A stretch of DNA of 61,520 bases, counting the filler. It is 6 parts of 6 records of this genome, joined end to end, with 100 filler letters (N's around TTAATTAATTAA, not from the genome) between each part and the next. Parts side by side here need not be neighbours in the genome. Positions count along the whole stretch, not along the records: positions 47,362 to 56,174 come from DRR723986_11137; positions 56,275 to 61,520 come from DRR723986_11155; 4 more parts are not named here. One strand, 5' to 3'. The notes below the pieces were generated by a model. That model ran no database searches, was not told the origin of the DNA, and was given only the letters and a program-made list of their open reading frames with translations. Below, in pieces: positions 51,068 through 61,386 of the stretch; the stretch's first letter is position 1; every line of letters begins with the position of its first letter. Made by a program: the position numbers and the translations under genes.

Positions 51068-51870
51068 GACATCTGCAAACCCTCTGGCTGACGGTGGTCG
51101 TGGCGCTCTTGTACGTGCCCATCCTTTCGGTGATCCTTGCCAGCCTCGCCAACACCCGATACATGCGCTTTCCGCACCGCAACTGGTCGGTCGGCGCCTA
51201 TACCGACGCCTTCACCCAGCGCGAGACGCTGGTGCTGCACCTCGCCTCGCTGCAGATCGCGGCGCTGGTGACAGTGTTTTCGCTGGCGCTGGCGGTGCTG
51301 GGGGCCATGGCCTTCGCCCGCTACGACTGGCGCGGGCGGTCGATCTACCAAAAGGCTGTGGTGCTGCCGATCTTCTTCCCGCAGCCGGTGCTGGGGCTGG
51401 CGCTGCTTTTGTTCTTCTCGGCCCTCGGCATCGTGCCAAGCTGGAAGACGGCGGTCTTCGCGCATCTGGTCTGGATCCTGCCCATCGTGACGCTGGTCAT
51501 CTCGATCCGCCTGTTTGGCTACGACCCGGCGCAAGAGGACGCGGCCCGCGACCTTGGCGCCTCGCGCTGGCAGACCTTCCGCGAGGTCACGCTGCCGCAT
51601 CTTGCCCCCGGGCTGATCTCGGGCGGGCTGTTCGCCTTCCTGCTGTCGTGGTCCAACCTGCCGCTGTCGATCTTCACCACCGGCGCCGACACCACCCTGC
51701 CGGAATGGCTGTTCAGCCGAGTGGCCACCAACTACGCGCCCGTCGTCTCGGCCATCGCGGTGATCGGCACGCTGGCCTCTGTGGTCTTCGGCGTGGTGGT
51801 GCTGCTGGCGCTGAAGGCGCTGAGGCGGGCTCAGTCGAGTTCCGCCTCGGCCTCGATCTCGACGCCGTAG
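51064..51870 (+). CDS. PotC-like ABC permease
   Basis: LYVPI, EDAARDLGAS...VTLP, AFLLSW, TLP; start re-called at ATG 51064. Confidence 0.9.
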   Translation: MRHLQTLWLTVVVALLYVPILSVILASLANTRYMRFPHRNWSVGAYTDAFTQRETLVLHLASLQIAALVTVFSLALAVLGAMAFARYDWRGRSIYQKAVVLPIFFPQPVLGLALLLFFSALGIVPSWKTAVFAHLVWILPIVTLVISIRLFGYDPAQEDAARDLGASRWQTFREVTLPHLAPGLISGGLFAFLLSWSNLPLSIFTTGADTTLPEWLFSRVATNYAPVVSAIAVIGTLASVVFGVVVLLALKALRRAQSSSASASISTP

Positions 51871-53282
51871 CCGCCGATCAGGGCCTTGACCACGATCAGC
51901 GTGTTGGCCGGGCGCGTCTCGCCGAAGTAGCGCGCGTGGACCTCTGACACCGCCTGCCAGTCGGCCTCGTCCGTCAGGTAGATGCGGGTGCGGATCATGT
52001 CATCGAGCGAACCGCCCAGCGACGTGACCGCCCCCGCGATCTTGTCGAGGATATAGACCGCCTGCCCTGCCGCATCGCCCTCACAAACGGCGTTTCCATG
52101 AGGGTCCGTCGCCGTGGTGCCGCTGACGAGGATGCGCTTGCCCTTGCGGACGGCGCGCGCGAAACCCGCCTTCGCCTCCCACACGGAACCGCTTTCGGCG
52201 CGCGTCCGGCCCGGGCGCGGCTCGCTGACCGTCATGACCGGCGGCAGGGCGTCGAGGTGATGCGAGAGGTCGCCCGAGGCCGTCAGGAAGGGCGGCTTGC
52301 GGTATTCGTCGCCGCAGTCGCCCGGGATCGGCTCCATCGCGGCCTCGGCGATGGCGGCGCGCTCGCCCTCGTCCAGCGTGAACTCCAGCATCCGCCGATT
52401 GTCGTCGCGGTGGGCGTTCTCGCCCAGTCGCGCGCCGACGATCACCCCCGCCGTGGCCGCCTGTTCCAGCACCCAGCGGCTGGCGACGTTCGACACCGAC
52501 ACGCCGTGCCGCTCGGCCACCAGCGCCAGCGCGCCCATCAGGTGCTGGAAGCGGTCCCAGCCGCCCGCCGTCTCGATGAAACGCATGTATTTCATGCGGC
52601 TCCAGTCGTCGATGATCGCGGGCGGCTCTGCCCCCAGCCACTTGTCCGACAGGAAGCCCCCGCAAAGCGTGCCGAAGCCCAGAAGCCCCACGCCGTGCTC
52701 CGCCGCGACCCGCGTCAACTCCCCCGCCGCGCGGCGGTCGACGACCGAGAAACAGATCTGGTTCGTGGCGATCTCGATGCCCTGCTTCAGGACCATCCGC
52801 AGATGCGCCGCGTCGAAGTTTGTCAGGCCGATGTGGCCCACCAGCCCCTCTTCGCGCAGCTTCATCAACTCGGCCAGCGCGTCGAGGTATTCCGGCGACT
52901 GGTACTGCCACCAATGGAACTGCATGACGTCGACGCGGTCCATGGCCAGCCGCTCCAGCGCGGTCTCGACGCCCCTGCGGACGGTCGAGGCATCCATGAC
53001 CCCCGGCTCGGGGCACCACTTGGTCAGGATCGTCGGGCGCGGCCCGCCCTCCGCGGCAAGGATCTTCGCCGCCTTGCCCGCCACGATCTCGGCACTGCCG
53101 TAGTGATCGGCCATGTCGAAGGTGGTGAAGCCCTCGCGCGCGTACTCCGCCAGCGCCTCGGCGGCGGCGTCGAGGTCGAAGGCGCGGCCGTCACGCTCTT
53201 GGTCGGCCATCTGCCACAGCCCCGTCACGATGCGCGAAAGCGTCAGGCCAGAGGGCAGGGTCACTTGGGTCACGTCACTCAT
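51831..53282 (-). CDS. Aldo/keto reductase fused to RidA/YjgF domain
   Basis: GLWQ, FDMADHYG, TKWC, QFHWW, IGLTNFD; C-terminal WEAKAGFARAVR...VSGTT...RPANT...VEIEAEA. Confidence 0.9.
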   Translation of the reverse strand: MSDVTQVTLPSGLTLSRIVTGLWQMADQERDGRAFDLDAAAEALAEYAREGFTTFDMADHYGSAEIVAGKAAKILAAEGGPRPTILTKWCPEPGVMDASTVRRGVETALERLAMDRVDVMQFHWWQYQSPEYLDALAELMKLREEGLVGHIGLTNFDAAHLRMVLKQGIEIATNQICFSVVDRRAAGELTRVAAEHGVGLLGFGTLCGGFLSDKWLGAEPPAIIDDWSRMKYMRFIETAGGWDRFQHLMGALALVAERHGVSVSNVASRWVLEQAATAGVIVGARLGENAHRDDNRRMLEFTLDEGERAAIAEAAMEPIPGDCGDEYRKPPFLTASGDLSHHLDALPPVMTVSEPRPGRTRAESGSVWEAKAGFARAVRKGKRILVSGTTATDPHGNAVCEGDAAGQAVYILDKIAGAVTSLGGSLDDMIRTRIYLTDEADWQAVSEVHARYFGETRPANTLIVVKALIGGYGVEIEAEAELD

Positions 53283-53521
53283 GAAGGGGCGCCTTCCGCA
53301 CAGGTGTTCGATTTTCAAGGCAGACTGCGGCAGCCCGCCGGGAAGGTCAATGCGCCTGACGCACCGCGAAATGGCGCGCTGACATCCGTCGAGTAAGCGC
53401 CCCCGAACCCATCGGGCAAAAAACCATTGACCGACTCTCTTTTCGACGCCAAGCTGATATCCGGACATTTGTCCGCATAACGAACAAACAAGACTCACCT
53501 CACCCGACAGGAGGACATCCC

Positions 53522-54328
53522 ATGAAGACATGGCTCATCGCGGGCGCAGCCGCCCTTGGCCTGACCCTGACCGCCGCACCGCAGGCCGAGGCGAAATCGC
53601 TCGAGGACATCCTGTCCGACGGCACCATCCGCATCGGCATCAACCCGAACTTCCCCAACATGAGCACCCGTGACGACAACGGCGAGTGGAAGGGCTTCGA
53701 CATCGAGATCGGCACGATGATCGCCGAAAAGCTGGGCGTCGAGGTCGAGTGGGTCCCCACCGAAACCGCGCAGCGCGTGCCCTTCCTCGTCTCCGACCGC
53801 ATCGACGTCTCGATGGGCGCGCTCACCCGCAATTCCGAACGCGCCAAGCTGATCGACTACACCGTGCCGCTGCACACCGAAGTGCTGGCGGTGCTGGCCA
53901 CCGACAAGATCGAGGGCGAGACCTGGCAGGACTTCAACAAGGACGGCGTGACGCTCGCCAACATGCGCGGCAACTGGACCGTGGGCTGGATCGAAGAGAA
54001 CATGCCCGAGGTCGAGATCGAACTGACCGACTCCATCGCCGACACCGTGCGTCTGGTGGCCCAGGGCCGCGCCGATGCCATCGTCGAGAACATCGACTTC
54101 TTCATGGGCTTCACCGACACCCACGAGGGCGTCAACTGGCGCGTGGTCCCCGAGCCGATCTTCACCGCCTATTGCGCGCTGGGTGTGAGCCAGGGCAACG
54201 ACAACCTCACCGAGGTTCTGAACATCATCCTTTACGACCTGCACAGCGAAGGCACCGTAAAGGCCGTCTGGGAAGAGAACTACGGCGCGGCGATGCTGCG
54301 CGAGGTGCCCGTCACCCCCTGGTTCTGA
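53522..54328 (+). CDS. Polar amino acid ABC substrate-binding protein
   Basis: GGAGG RBS, signal peptide, GFDIEI, QRVPFLVSDRID, ERAKLIDYT. Confidence 0.93.
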   Translation: MKTWLIAGAAALGLTLTAAPQAEAKSLEDILSDGTIRIGINPNFPNMSTRDDNGEWKGFDIEIGTMIAEKLGVEVEWVPTETAQRVPFLVSDRIDVSMGALTRNSERAKLIDYTVPLHTEVLAVLATDKIEGETWQDFNKDGVTLANMRGNWTVGWIEENMPEVEIELTDSIADTVRLVAQGRADAIVENIDFFMGFTDTHEGVNWRVVPEPIFTAYCALGVSQGNDNLTEVLNIILYDLHSEGTVKAVWEENYGAAMLREVPVTPWF

Positions 54329-54337
54329 TCCCTGACC

Positions 54338-54360
54338 GGGGCGCGGCCCACCCGCGCCCC
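54338..54360 (+). other. GC-rich hairpin after the binding-protein gene (mRNA stabiliser/attenuator)
   Basis: GGGGCGCGG-CCCAC-CCGCGCCCC, no U tract. Confidence 0.55.
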
Positions 54361-54380
54361 CCTGACCTCCGAAAGCCCCG

Positions 54381-55058
54381 ATGGACTACAACTTCCAATT
54401 CAACGTGGTGTGGCGCGACTTCGACGCCCTGCTCGAGGGCGCGTGGCTGACGCTGCAACTGGGCGTCTTCGCCTTCACCTGCGGCTGCATCATCGGCCTG
54501 ATCGGCGCCGCCTGCCTCAGCTTCGCGCCGCGCCCGATCCGCTGGCTGGTCATGGGTCTGGTGATCTTCATCACCAACACGCCCGCGCTGATCCAGATCT
54601 ATTTCCTGTATTTCGGCCTGCCCGAATTCGGCATCCGCTGGTCCAACGAGGCCTGCGTGCTGATCGGCCTGACCCTGAACGCGGGCGCCTACCTGACCAT
54701 GATCCTGCGCGCCGGCTTCCTGTCCGTGCGCCAGACGGAGATGGAGGCGGGCGAGACGCTGGGCATGTCGCTGATCCAGCGCATTCGCTACATCGTCGTG
54801 CCGCACATCGCCAAGTCGATCTACCCGGCGCTGGCCAACTTCTTCATCGTCGTGCTGGTCATGGGCACCTCGGTCGGTGCGGTGATCGGCGTCGATGAAC
54901 TGACCGGACAGGCGATCAACCTCTCGACCGTCAACTACCGCTGGCTGGAATACTTCACCATCGCGGCGCTGATGTACGTGGTGCTGACCTTCGTGGCCTC
55001 GATCGGGTTGGCGCTGCTGGGCCGCTGGGCCTTCCGCGTCAAGGCGAGGATCTTCTGA
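54381..55058 (+). CDS. Amino acid ABC permease
   Basis: NTPALIQIYFLYFGLP, EAGETLGMS. Confidence 0.93.
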   Translation: MDYNFQFNVVWRDFDALLEGAWLTLQLGVFAFTCGCIIGLIGAACLSFAPRPIRWLVMGLVIFITNTPALIQIYFLYFGLPEFGIRWSNEACVLIGLTLNAGAYLTMILRAGFLSVRQTEMEAGETLGMSLIQRIRYIVVPHIAKSIYPALANFFIVVLVMGTSVGAVIGVDELTGQAINLSTVNYRWLEYFTIAALMYVVLTFVASIGLALLGRWAFRVKARIF

Positions 55059-55756
55059 TGGACCGTATCCTCAGCCAACTGCCCGACTTCTTCACATGGA
55101 ACAACATCGTGCTTCTGGGCGAGAGCGCGGCCCTGACGCTGTCGATGACGCTGCTGGGCTGCCTGATCGGTTTCGGCCTCGCGCTGGTGCTGGTCTACCT
55201 GCGCACGACGCCGGGCCTCTGGGCGCTGCCGCTGCGCGTGGCCTGCATCGCCTATGTCGAGGTCTTCCGCCGCATCCCCTTCCTCGTGGTGATCTATCTG
55301 GTGCTCTTCTTCATCCAGACCATCGCCTCCGACGTGTCGCTGTTCGCCATCGCGGTCATTTCCATCTGCATCTACGCGGTGGCCTATACCGCCGACATCA
55401 TCCGGGGCGGCATCGAGTCCGTGCCCAAGACGCAGGTGGAAGCGGCGCAGGCGATGAACCTCACGCGGTTCCAGACCATGCGCCTGTGCGTGCTGCCGCA
55501 GGCCCTGCCGGTGATCGTGCCGCCCGCCATCGCCTTTGCCGTCTCGTTCATCAAGGACACCGCGCTGGTCAGCCAGATCGGCGTCTTCGAACTGACGTTC
55601 CGCGGCAAGGAACTCAACAACCAGGGATATTCCGGGGTGCTGGTCTTTGGCACCATCGCGCTCTGCTACTTCCTGATGTCCTTCCCGCTCAGCCTTCTTG
55701 GCCAACATCTGGAGAAACGGTTTGCCACACCTCGCGGTCAACGACATTCACGCTAA
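55058..55756 (+). CDS. Amino acid ABC permease
   Basis: YVEVFRRIP, IIRGGIESVPKTQVEAA, IKDTAL. Confidence 0.93.
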   Translation: MDRILSQLPDFFTWNNIVLLGESAALTLSMTLLGCLIGFGLALVLVYLRTTPGLWALPLRVACIAYVEVFRRIPFLVVIYLVLFFIQTIASDVSLFAIAVISICIYAVAYTADIIRGGIESVPKTQVEAAQAMNLTRFQTMRLCVLPQALPVIVPPAIAFAVSFIKDTALVSQIGVFELTFRGKELNNQGYSGVLVFGTIALCYFLMSFPLSLLGQHLEKRFATPRGQRHSR

Positions 55757-56174
55757 CTACGGCAAGCTGGCCGTCCTGCACGGGATCGACTTCGACGTCG
55801 ACCGGGGCGAAGTGGTGTCGCTGGTCGGCCCCTCGGGCTCGGGCAAGTCCACCGTGCTGCGCGCGCTGGTCGGGCTGACGCCGGTCACCGGCGGCACCAT
55901 CGAGGTCGACGGCACCCGCATCGACTACGCCGCGCCCCGCGCGGTCAAGGCGGCGCGCGACCGCATGGCCATCGTCTTTCAGCAGTACAACCTGTTCCAG
56001 AACATGACCGTGCTACGCAACGTGACGCTGGCGCCGCTGAAGGTGCAGGGCCGCAAGCGCACAGAGGTCGAGGCCGAGGCCATGGACCTGCTGAAACTGG
56101 TCGGCATGGACCACAAGGCGCACAGCTACCCGGACGAGCTCTCCGGCGGCCAGCAGCAGCGCGTCGCCATCGCC
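55722..56174 (+). CDS. Amino acid ABC ATP-binding protein (partial)
   Basis: GGAG RBS + TTG start, GPSGSGKST, VFQQYNLF, LSGGQQQRVAIA. Confidence 0.93.
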
Positions 56175-56274
56175 NNNNNNNNNNNNNNNNNNNNNNNNNN
56201 NNNNNNNNNNNNNNNNNNTTAATTAATTAANNNNNNNNNNNNNNNNNNNNNNNNNNNNNNNNNNNNNNNNNNNN
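56175..56274. other. Artificial contig spacer
   Basis: N-run with TTAATTAATTAA. Confidence 0.98.
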
Positions 56275-56309
56275 TCAGGCTTGCTTTTTGAGCTTCTTGT
56301 TAGGTATTG
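56275..56309 (+). repeat. Imperfect direct repeat, copy 1
   Basis: TCAGG(CTTG)CTTTTTGAGCTTCTTGTTAGGTATTG, matches 61356-61386. Confidence 0.5.
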
Positions 56310-56693
56310 CGCCCAGCACCATAAACCTCCAGTCGGTTTGCAAGCCAAGTGCTTCATTGTTGCAGCCTTTGTAGGGGCTTTGTAGTGGTAAAATCAAAAC
56401 AAGCCAGTTTTCGCCGTTTATACGCTCGCACCGCCGTTTTCACCCAGTGTAGATCGATTTCGGCAGCATCAAATTCCGCCAGATTCTGATTCGGCAGCAC
56501 TTGTTGAACCTTTATAGGCACATCAGCAAGGACTAGCGCTCTACATTTGAGTGTAGAAAATGGCCTGCGCCATCAGCGGAAACAGGCGCAGGCAGAAAAA
56601 AGTGGTTCCTGGCCCAAAATAATCAAGTCGTACATCTTAAAGCAGACAACAGAGCCACAGTCTTCAGACAATCAGAATTTTTTGGATTCACAC

Positions 56694-59600
56694 ATGAAAC
56701 GTTCGCACAAACTTTTCACGTCGAATGGGCTGCGCCGCTTTCGGCAGTTGGCTCGCCGACTTGAGCGGGCACTACGCTCACAAACTCAGAATGGTCCCTC
56801 GGTTAAAGTCAGAAAGCTGCAGACGGAACTGTCGCTTTTGGCTAAAAAACTGAATCTCTTCGGCGGTCCGCGCATCGCCGCAACGCTGGCCGGACTCCTG
56901 CTGGCCGGAACAGGAAACGCTCTGGCGCAACCCAAAGTCAGTGACCTGGCGCCAGCCACCAATGCCACAAATATTGCGCTGGACAGCGACATTTCGATTG
57001 ACTTCAGTCAGCAGATGTCAAGTGCGAGTATTACCGCTGCCAATATCCACATTCACAGTTATATGCGCGGCCTGCTGAGCACACGCGGCAGCTTCAGCGG
57101 CAACCCGCAGCGTCTGTTTAATCCTGACGCAGACTTCCTGCCGAACGAGTTAATTGCAGTCACGGTAACCAATGCCCAAGCCACAAGCGGCACAGCCTTG
57201 GCAGCGCCGCTTGTCTACAATTTCCGCGCTACGAGCGGAACTCGTGCCGCCGTGGAATTCACTGAGCTGAAAACTGTTAATCAGTCGTCGTTTGATGTCG
57301 ACCTGGCCGACTTTAACGGTGATGGCATTCTCGATGCAATTCTATCCAATTTCTTTGACCCGTCCAGGCTCCTGATTGGCAACGGCGACGGAACATTTGA
57401 TGTATCCAGCTTTGGGCCAGATGTGCAGACCAGTAACGCCGTCACCGGCGACTTTGACGGCGACGGCGATGTTGATTACATCATGGCACGTACTTCAACT
57501 GTTAATGACATTTGGCTTAACGACGGCACCGGAACATTCAGCAGTTCAACGCTGGGCCACGGCGGTTTACCTTCCGGCCCCAAAGCCGGCGACCTGGACG
57601 GCGATGGTGATTTGGACGTTGTCTTCGGTGGTTCCGGCACTCGTCGCGAAACGCTGTGGCTTAACAATGGCGACGCAACGTTTGCCTCGTCGACATTTGG
57701 CGACAAACGCAATTCTCAGGAAGTTGCGATAGGCGACCTCGACAATGACGGCGACCTCGACATAATAGTCGCAGGTTATGACGCGAATGCACTTCACTTA
57801 AACAATGGTGACGCAAGCTTCGCCAGCATGACCTTCGGCGGACGCAATAGCCTGGGAGTTGAACTCGGCGACCTCGACGGTGATCAGGATCTCGATTTTA
57901 TTGTCTCCAACAATGCAAATGGCAATTCACAACTGTATATCAATAACGGCGATGCCACCTTTGCCAGCAGCGACCTAGGCTTTAACTTCAACAGCGCACG
58001 TGTTGGCGACCTTGACGGCGATGGCGACCTCGACTTCGTCTCTTTCGATGAGGGTGTGGAACGCATCTTTATCAATGATGGCACGGCAACATTTACACAC
58101 TCCAGCTTTGGTGGTGAAAACTCCACTACGGGTGCCCTGGCGGATTTAAACAACGACGGCACTCTCGATATCTTTGTAGCTCACTACCTTAACACCAATT
58201 CGTCCATTTGGCTCAACCGCCCGGTCGCACCGGTCATTACGTCTCTAACTCCAAGCTCAACAACAGCCTCACTTAACAGTTTTAGCGTTGAGGTCCTTGG
58301 TTCCAACTTTGAATCGACCCAGGCTAACCTTTCATATGTCAGCGCTTCAGGCGCTACTCTGGGCAGCCGCAGCCTCTCGATCCTGTCGGCGACGACAACG
58401 TCTTTAACACTTGAATTCCCCCTACGCTCAGCCGCGACGGTGGCGACTCTCCAGCTGGAAATCAGTAATTCTTCGGGCTCGACGCTGACGGCTTTTACGG
58501 TTAACAACGACCAGCCAACAATCCAGGCCGGCGCGCCGAGTGTCACGCTGCCGGAAAACACTTCAACAACAATTTCGCTTGCAATTGGTGACGTCTGGCC
58601 CGGTTTGGGCGCGCTGCAGATTATCCCACCGGCAACGGATGGCAGTTCGATTGCATCGATCACGCAGATAGGGGCCACGGCCGCAACAACGCAATTTCAA
58701 GTCTCTGGCGCGGTTAACTTCTCTGGCAACACATCGCTCGAATTCGTTGTTGACGATGGCTCCCTGACAGCTTCAACGAGCGTCAATGTCATCATCACAG
58801 GCGTTGATGACCCGCCGACACTGCAGCTGAGTACATCGGCAATAAGCATCTGGCAAAATGGCATTGGAAAATTCAGCTTGCAGGTCAACGATCCGGATAC
58901 GCCTGAACACCTCTTAGTCATCAGTGCAACTTCGGCGAACCAGTCGATTCTTGCAGATGACAACATTAAACGGGTTGAGTATTCAGTGAATCCAATGTTT
59001 TTCTTCACGAGCAACTGTTATTCAGCCGGTGAGACTGAGATTTTTGTGCGCGTATCTGACGGCAGCTCTGCAACAGTCCAAACTATTCAGTTAAATATCT
59101 TAGCGGGTTCGGAAGCACCAATAACATCTTCTACGAGCGCCTGCATAGGCAGTACTGTGCAATATTCGGCTCTTCCAGCTACGACCGGCGCGACGCTGCA
59201 ATGGAGCGTCAATGGTGGCACGATTGTTTCATCCGCGACCGGGAATAGCGTACAAGTCGCCTGGGGCGCAAGTTCCGCACGTGACATCATGTTAACAAGA
59301 ACGTATCCAAACACTTGTGTCAGCACGGCCAGTCTGGATCTGTCTGCTGAATACGTGTCAGCCTCAGCCGATCTGGTGACGTTGGTTGGAGCCAGTAGCG
59401 TTACAATTGCGGTGCTGTTTAATGACAGCGGATCGGGTTTAAGCCTCAGCTCATTTACGCCACCGAATGATGGCAGCGCAGTGCAGCAGGGCAATCAGAT
59501 TGTCTACACGCCTGACAGTGGATTTACCGGCACAGATAGTTTTACATATTCGATCGAGGGCAGCAATGGCTGCTCGAGTACTGCCATCGTCACCGTAACT

Positions 59601-61301
59601 GTGGGCACAAATACTGAACGCCTGAATATCCTTTTTGTGCAACAGTTAAAAAATCGGCGCGCCGGCATTCGCGGCTTAAATGGAGTTGAAGGTGCGGTTG
59701 TCAGTCAGGACGGCAAACACGTCTATGCGGCGGGTGCACAGGATCACTCTATTGTCTTGTTTGACCGCGACGCGAATTTTGGCCGCTTAACTTACAAGGA
59801 ACGAGTACGAAATCTGCGCGGTGGGGTCAGCGGCATCAAAAATGTGAACTCAGTTGTTTTATCGGCCAATCAGGATCGCCTTTTTGCATTGGGATATGGC
59901 AATAACAGTCTGGTCCTGTTTGATCGCGATACAACAACTGGCAAACTCAGCTTTCTGGATAAACGCACAAACGGACAACTTGACGGCGGTAAACTGATCG
60001 ATGCACTTTCGCGTCCGCGCGCACTGGCCCTCAGTCCTGACGGCAAAAACGTTTATGTCGCTTCTTACGGCAACAGCAGCCTCGGAGTCTTGCAGTTTGA
60101 CGGCAGCATCGACGAACTCAGCTGGCTCGAAAAACAGCGCGACGGCCAGGCCGGAGTCGACGGCCTGCGCGCCATTCTTGATGTCATTGTCAGCCTGGAC
60201 GGTAAACATGTCTACGCCGCCGGCAGCGGTGACGATGCAATTGCAATTTTCAGCCGCGATTCACTGGACGGCAGTTTAACATTTCTTAAGCGCATCCGCG
60301 ACGGAATAGCGGGCGTGGACGGACTGGCACAAGTGAGCGCCCTCGCATTTTCACCTAATGGAACCTATTTATATGCAGCCGGAAGCGGCGATGATGCGGT
60401 TGTGATGTTTAAGCGCAACGCAACTGATGGCTCTTTAACGTTCATTAAACAATGGGCCGACGGCCGAAACGGCGTTAGCGGACTGGACGGCGTCAGTGCG
60501 CTGGCCACCTCTTCCGCAGGACAGCTCTGGACGGCAAGTCCGGCGGACCGCGCGGCAACAGTATTTTCGATACTGGCAGACGGCAAACTCCGCTTCGAAG
60601 GTGTTAACAACACCAACGTCGGCGATGCGCGATTTGTGGCTCTCAGCCAGGACGGAAATTATGCCTACGTCCCAGACAAAAGACGGGATGCACTAAATGT
60701 TCTGTTTCGCAACCAGCAGCCCCGCGCAGTAGATGACAATGGCTTGCAGGTAAGTCCGCACGGCAGCCTGGATATCGCAGTCTTAAACAACGACTTCGAT
60801 GCCGATGGTGACAATATCTCGATCAACTCCAAAACGGATGGCAGTTCGGGAACGGTAGAAATCCTGGGTGGCGGTTCCAGCCTACGTTACAATGCGGGAT
60901 CAGCCGGCACGGATCAATTTACGTATACGATTGACGACAGTCACGGTGGTACATCTACGGCGACAGTCCGTATTCAGATTGTTCAACCCAAGAACAGTTA
61001 TTCCGCGTCAGTTGAAGAAGTTAAACAGGACGGCATTCAGGGTATCCGCGTCAGCCCCAACCCATTACGGCAGGAGTTAACTCTGCGCTACATGTTACGC
61101 GAAGCCGGGCGTTTACATCTACACCTTTTTGACATGCGCGGTTTTGAGATCGGTACATATGACGCAGGACGGCAGCCATCCGGCGCGGGTATTCTCAACT
61201 GGAACTTAACAGAATTGCGTTTAGCGGCGGGCGCATACACTTTGATTCTCAAGGGTGACGGCATCGAGGAAATGCTTGTGCCACTGCGGATTGTGGATTG
61301 A
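56694..61301 (+). CDS. Large secreted protein: Ig-like, 7 FG-GAP repeats, Ig/cadherin-like stalk, second 7-blade propeller, T9SS-type C-terminal domain
   Basis: Seven (G/A)D(L/F)xxDxxxD repeats; seven SPDGKxVY-like repeats; YTPDSGFTGTDSFTY; C-terminal VSPNP...LFDMRG...LAAGAYTL. Confidence 0.88.
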   Translation: MKRSHKLFTSNGLRRFRQLARRLERALRSQTQNGPSVKVRKLQTELSLLAKKLNLFGGPRIAATLAGLLLAGTGNALAQPKVSDLAPATNATNIALDSDISIDFSQQMSSASITAANIHIHSYMRGLLSTRGSFSGNPQRLFNPDADFLPNELIAVTVTNAQATSGTALAAPLVYNFRATSGTRAAVEFTELKTVNQSSFDVDLADFNGDGILDAILSNFFDPSRLLIGNGDGTFDVSSFGPDVQTSNAVTGDFDGDGDVDYIMARTSTVNDIWLNDGTGTFSSSTLGHGGLPSGPKAGDLDGDGDLDVVFGGSGTRRETLWLNNGDATFASSTFGDKRNSQEVAIGDLDNDGDLDIIVAGYDANALHLNNGDASFASMTFGGRNSLGVELGDLDGDQDLDFIVSNNANGNSQLYINNGDATFASSDLGFNFNSARVGDLDGDGDLDFVSFDEGVERIFINDGTATFTHSSFGGENSTTGALADLNNDGTLDIFVAHYLNTNSSIWLNRPVAPVITSLTPSSTTASLNSFSVEVLGSNFESTQANLSYVSASGATLGSRSLSILSATTTSLTLEFPLRSAATVATLQLEISNSSGSTLTAFTVNNDQPTIQAGAPSVTLPENTSTTISLAIGDVWPGLGALQIIPPATDGSSIASITQIGATAATTQFQVSGAVNFSGNTSLEFVVDDGSLTASTSVNVIITGVDDPPTLQLSTSAISIWQNGIGKFSLQVNDPDTPEHLLVISATSANQSILADDNIKRVEYSVNPMFFFTSNCYSAGETEIFVRVSDGSSATVQTIQLNILAGSEAPITSSTSACIGSTVQYSALPATTGATLQWSVNGGTIVSSATGNSVQVAWGASSARDIMLTRTYPNTCVSTASLDLSAEYVSASADLVTLVGASSVTIAVLFNDSGSGLSLSSFTPPNDGSAVQQGNQIVYTPDSGFTGTDSFTYSIEGSNGCSSTAIVTVTVGTNTERLNILFVQQLKNRRAGIRGLNGVEGAVVSQDGKHVYAAGAQDHSIVLFDRDANFGRLTYKERVRNLRGGVSGIKNVNSVVLSANQDRLFALGYGNNSLVLFDRDTTTGKLSFLDKRTNGQLDGGKLIDALSRPRALALSPDGKNVYVASYGNSSLGVLQFDGSIDELSWLEKQRDGQAGVDGLRAILDVIVSLDGKHVYAAGSGDDAIAIFSRDSLDGSLTFLKRIRDGIAGVDGLAQVSALAFSPNGTYLYAAGSGDDAVVMFKRNATDGSLTFIKQWADGRNGVSGLDGVSALATSSAGQLWTASPADRAATVFSILADGKLRFEGVNNTNVGDARFVALSQDGNYAYVPDKRRDALNVLFRNQQPRAVDDNGLQVSPHGSLDIAVLNNDFDADGDNISINSKTDGSSGTVEILGGGSSLRYNAGSAGTDQFTYTIDDSHGGTSTATVRIQIVQPKNSYSASVEEVKQDGIQGIRVSPNPLRQELTLRYMLREAGRLHLHLFDMRGFEIGTYDAGRQPSGAGILNWNLTELRLAAGAYTLILKGDGIEEMLVPLRIVD

Positions 61302-61355
61302 TTTATCGGCAGTTTGTTTTCGCAGAGCGCTTTGAGCCTCTCCCTCTGGTCGGCC

Positions 61356-61386
61356 TCAGGCTTTTTGAGCTTTTTGTTTGGCATTG
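61356..61386 (+). repeat. Imperfect direct repeat, copy 2 (overlaps a terminator-like T-rich tract)
   Basis: TCAGGCTTTTTGAGCTTTTTGTTTGGCATTG. Confidence 0.5.
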
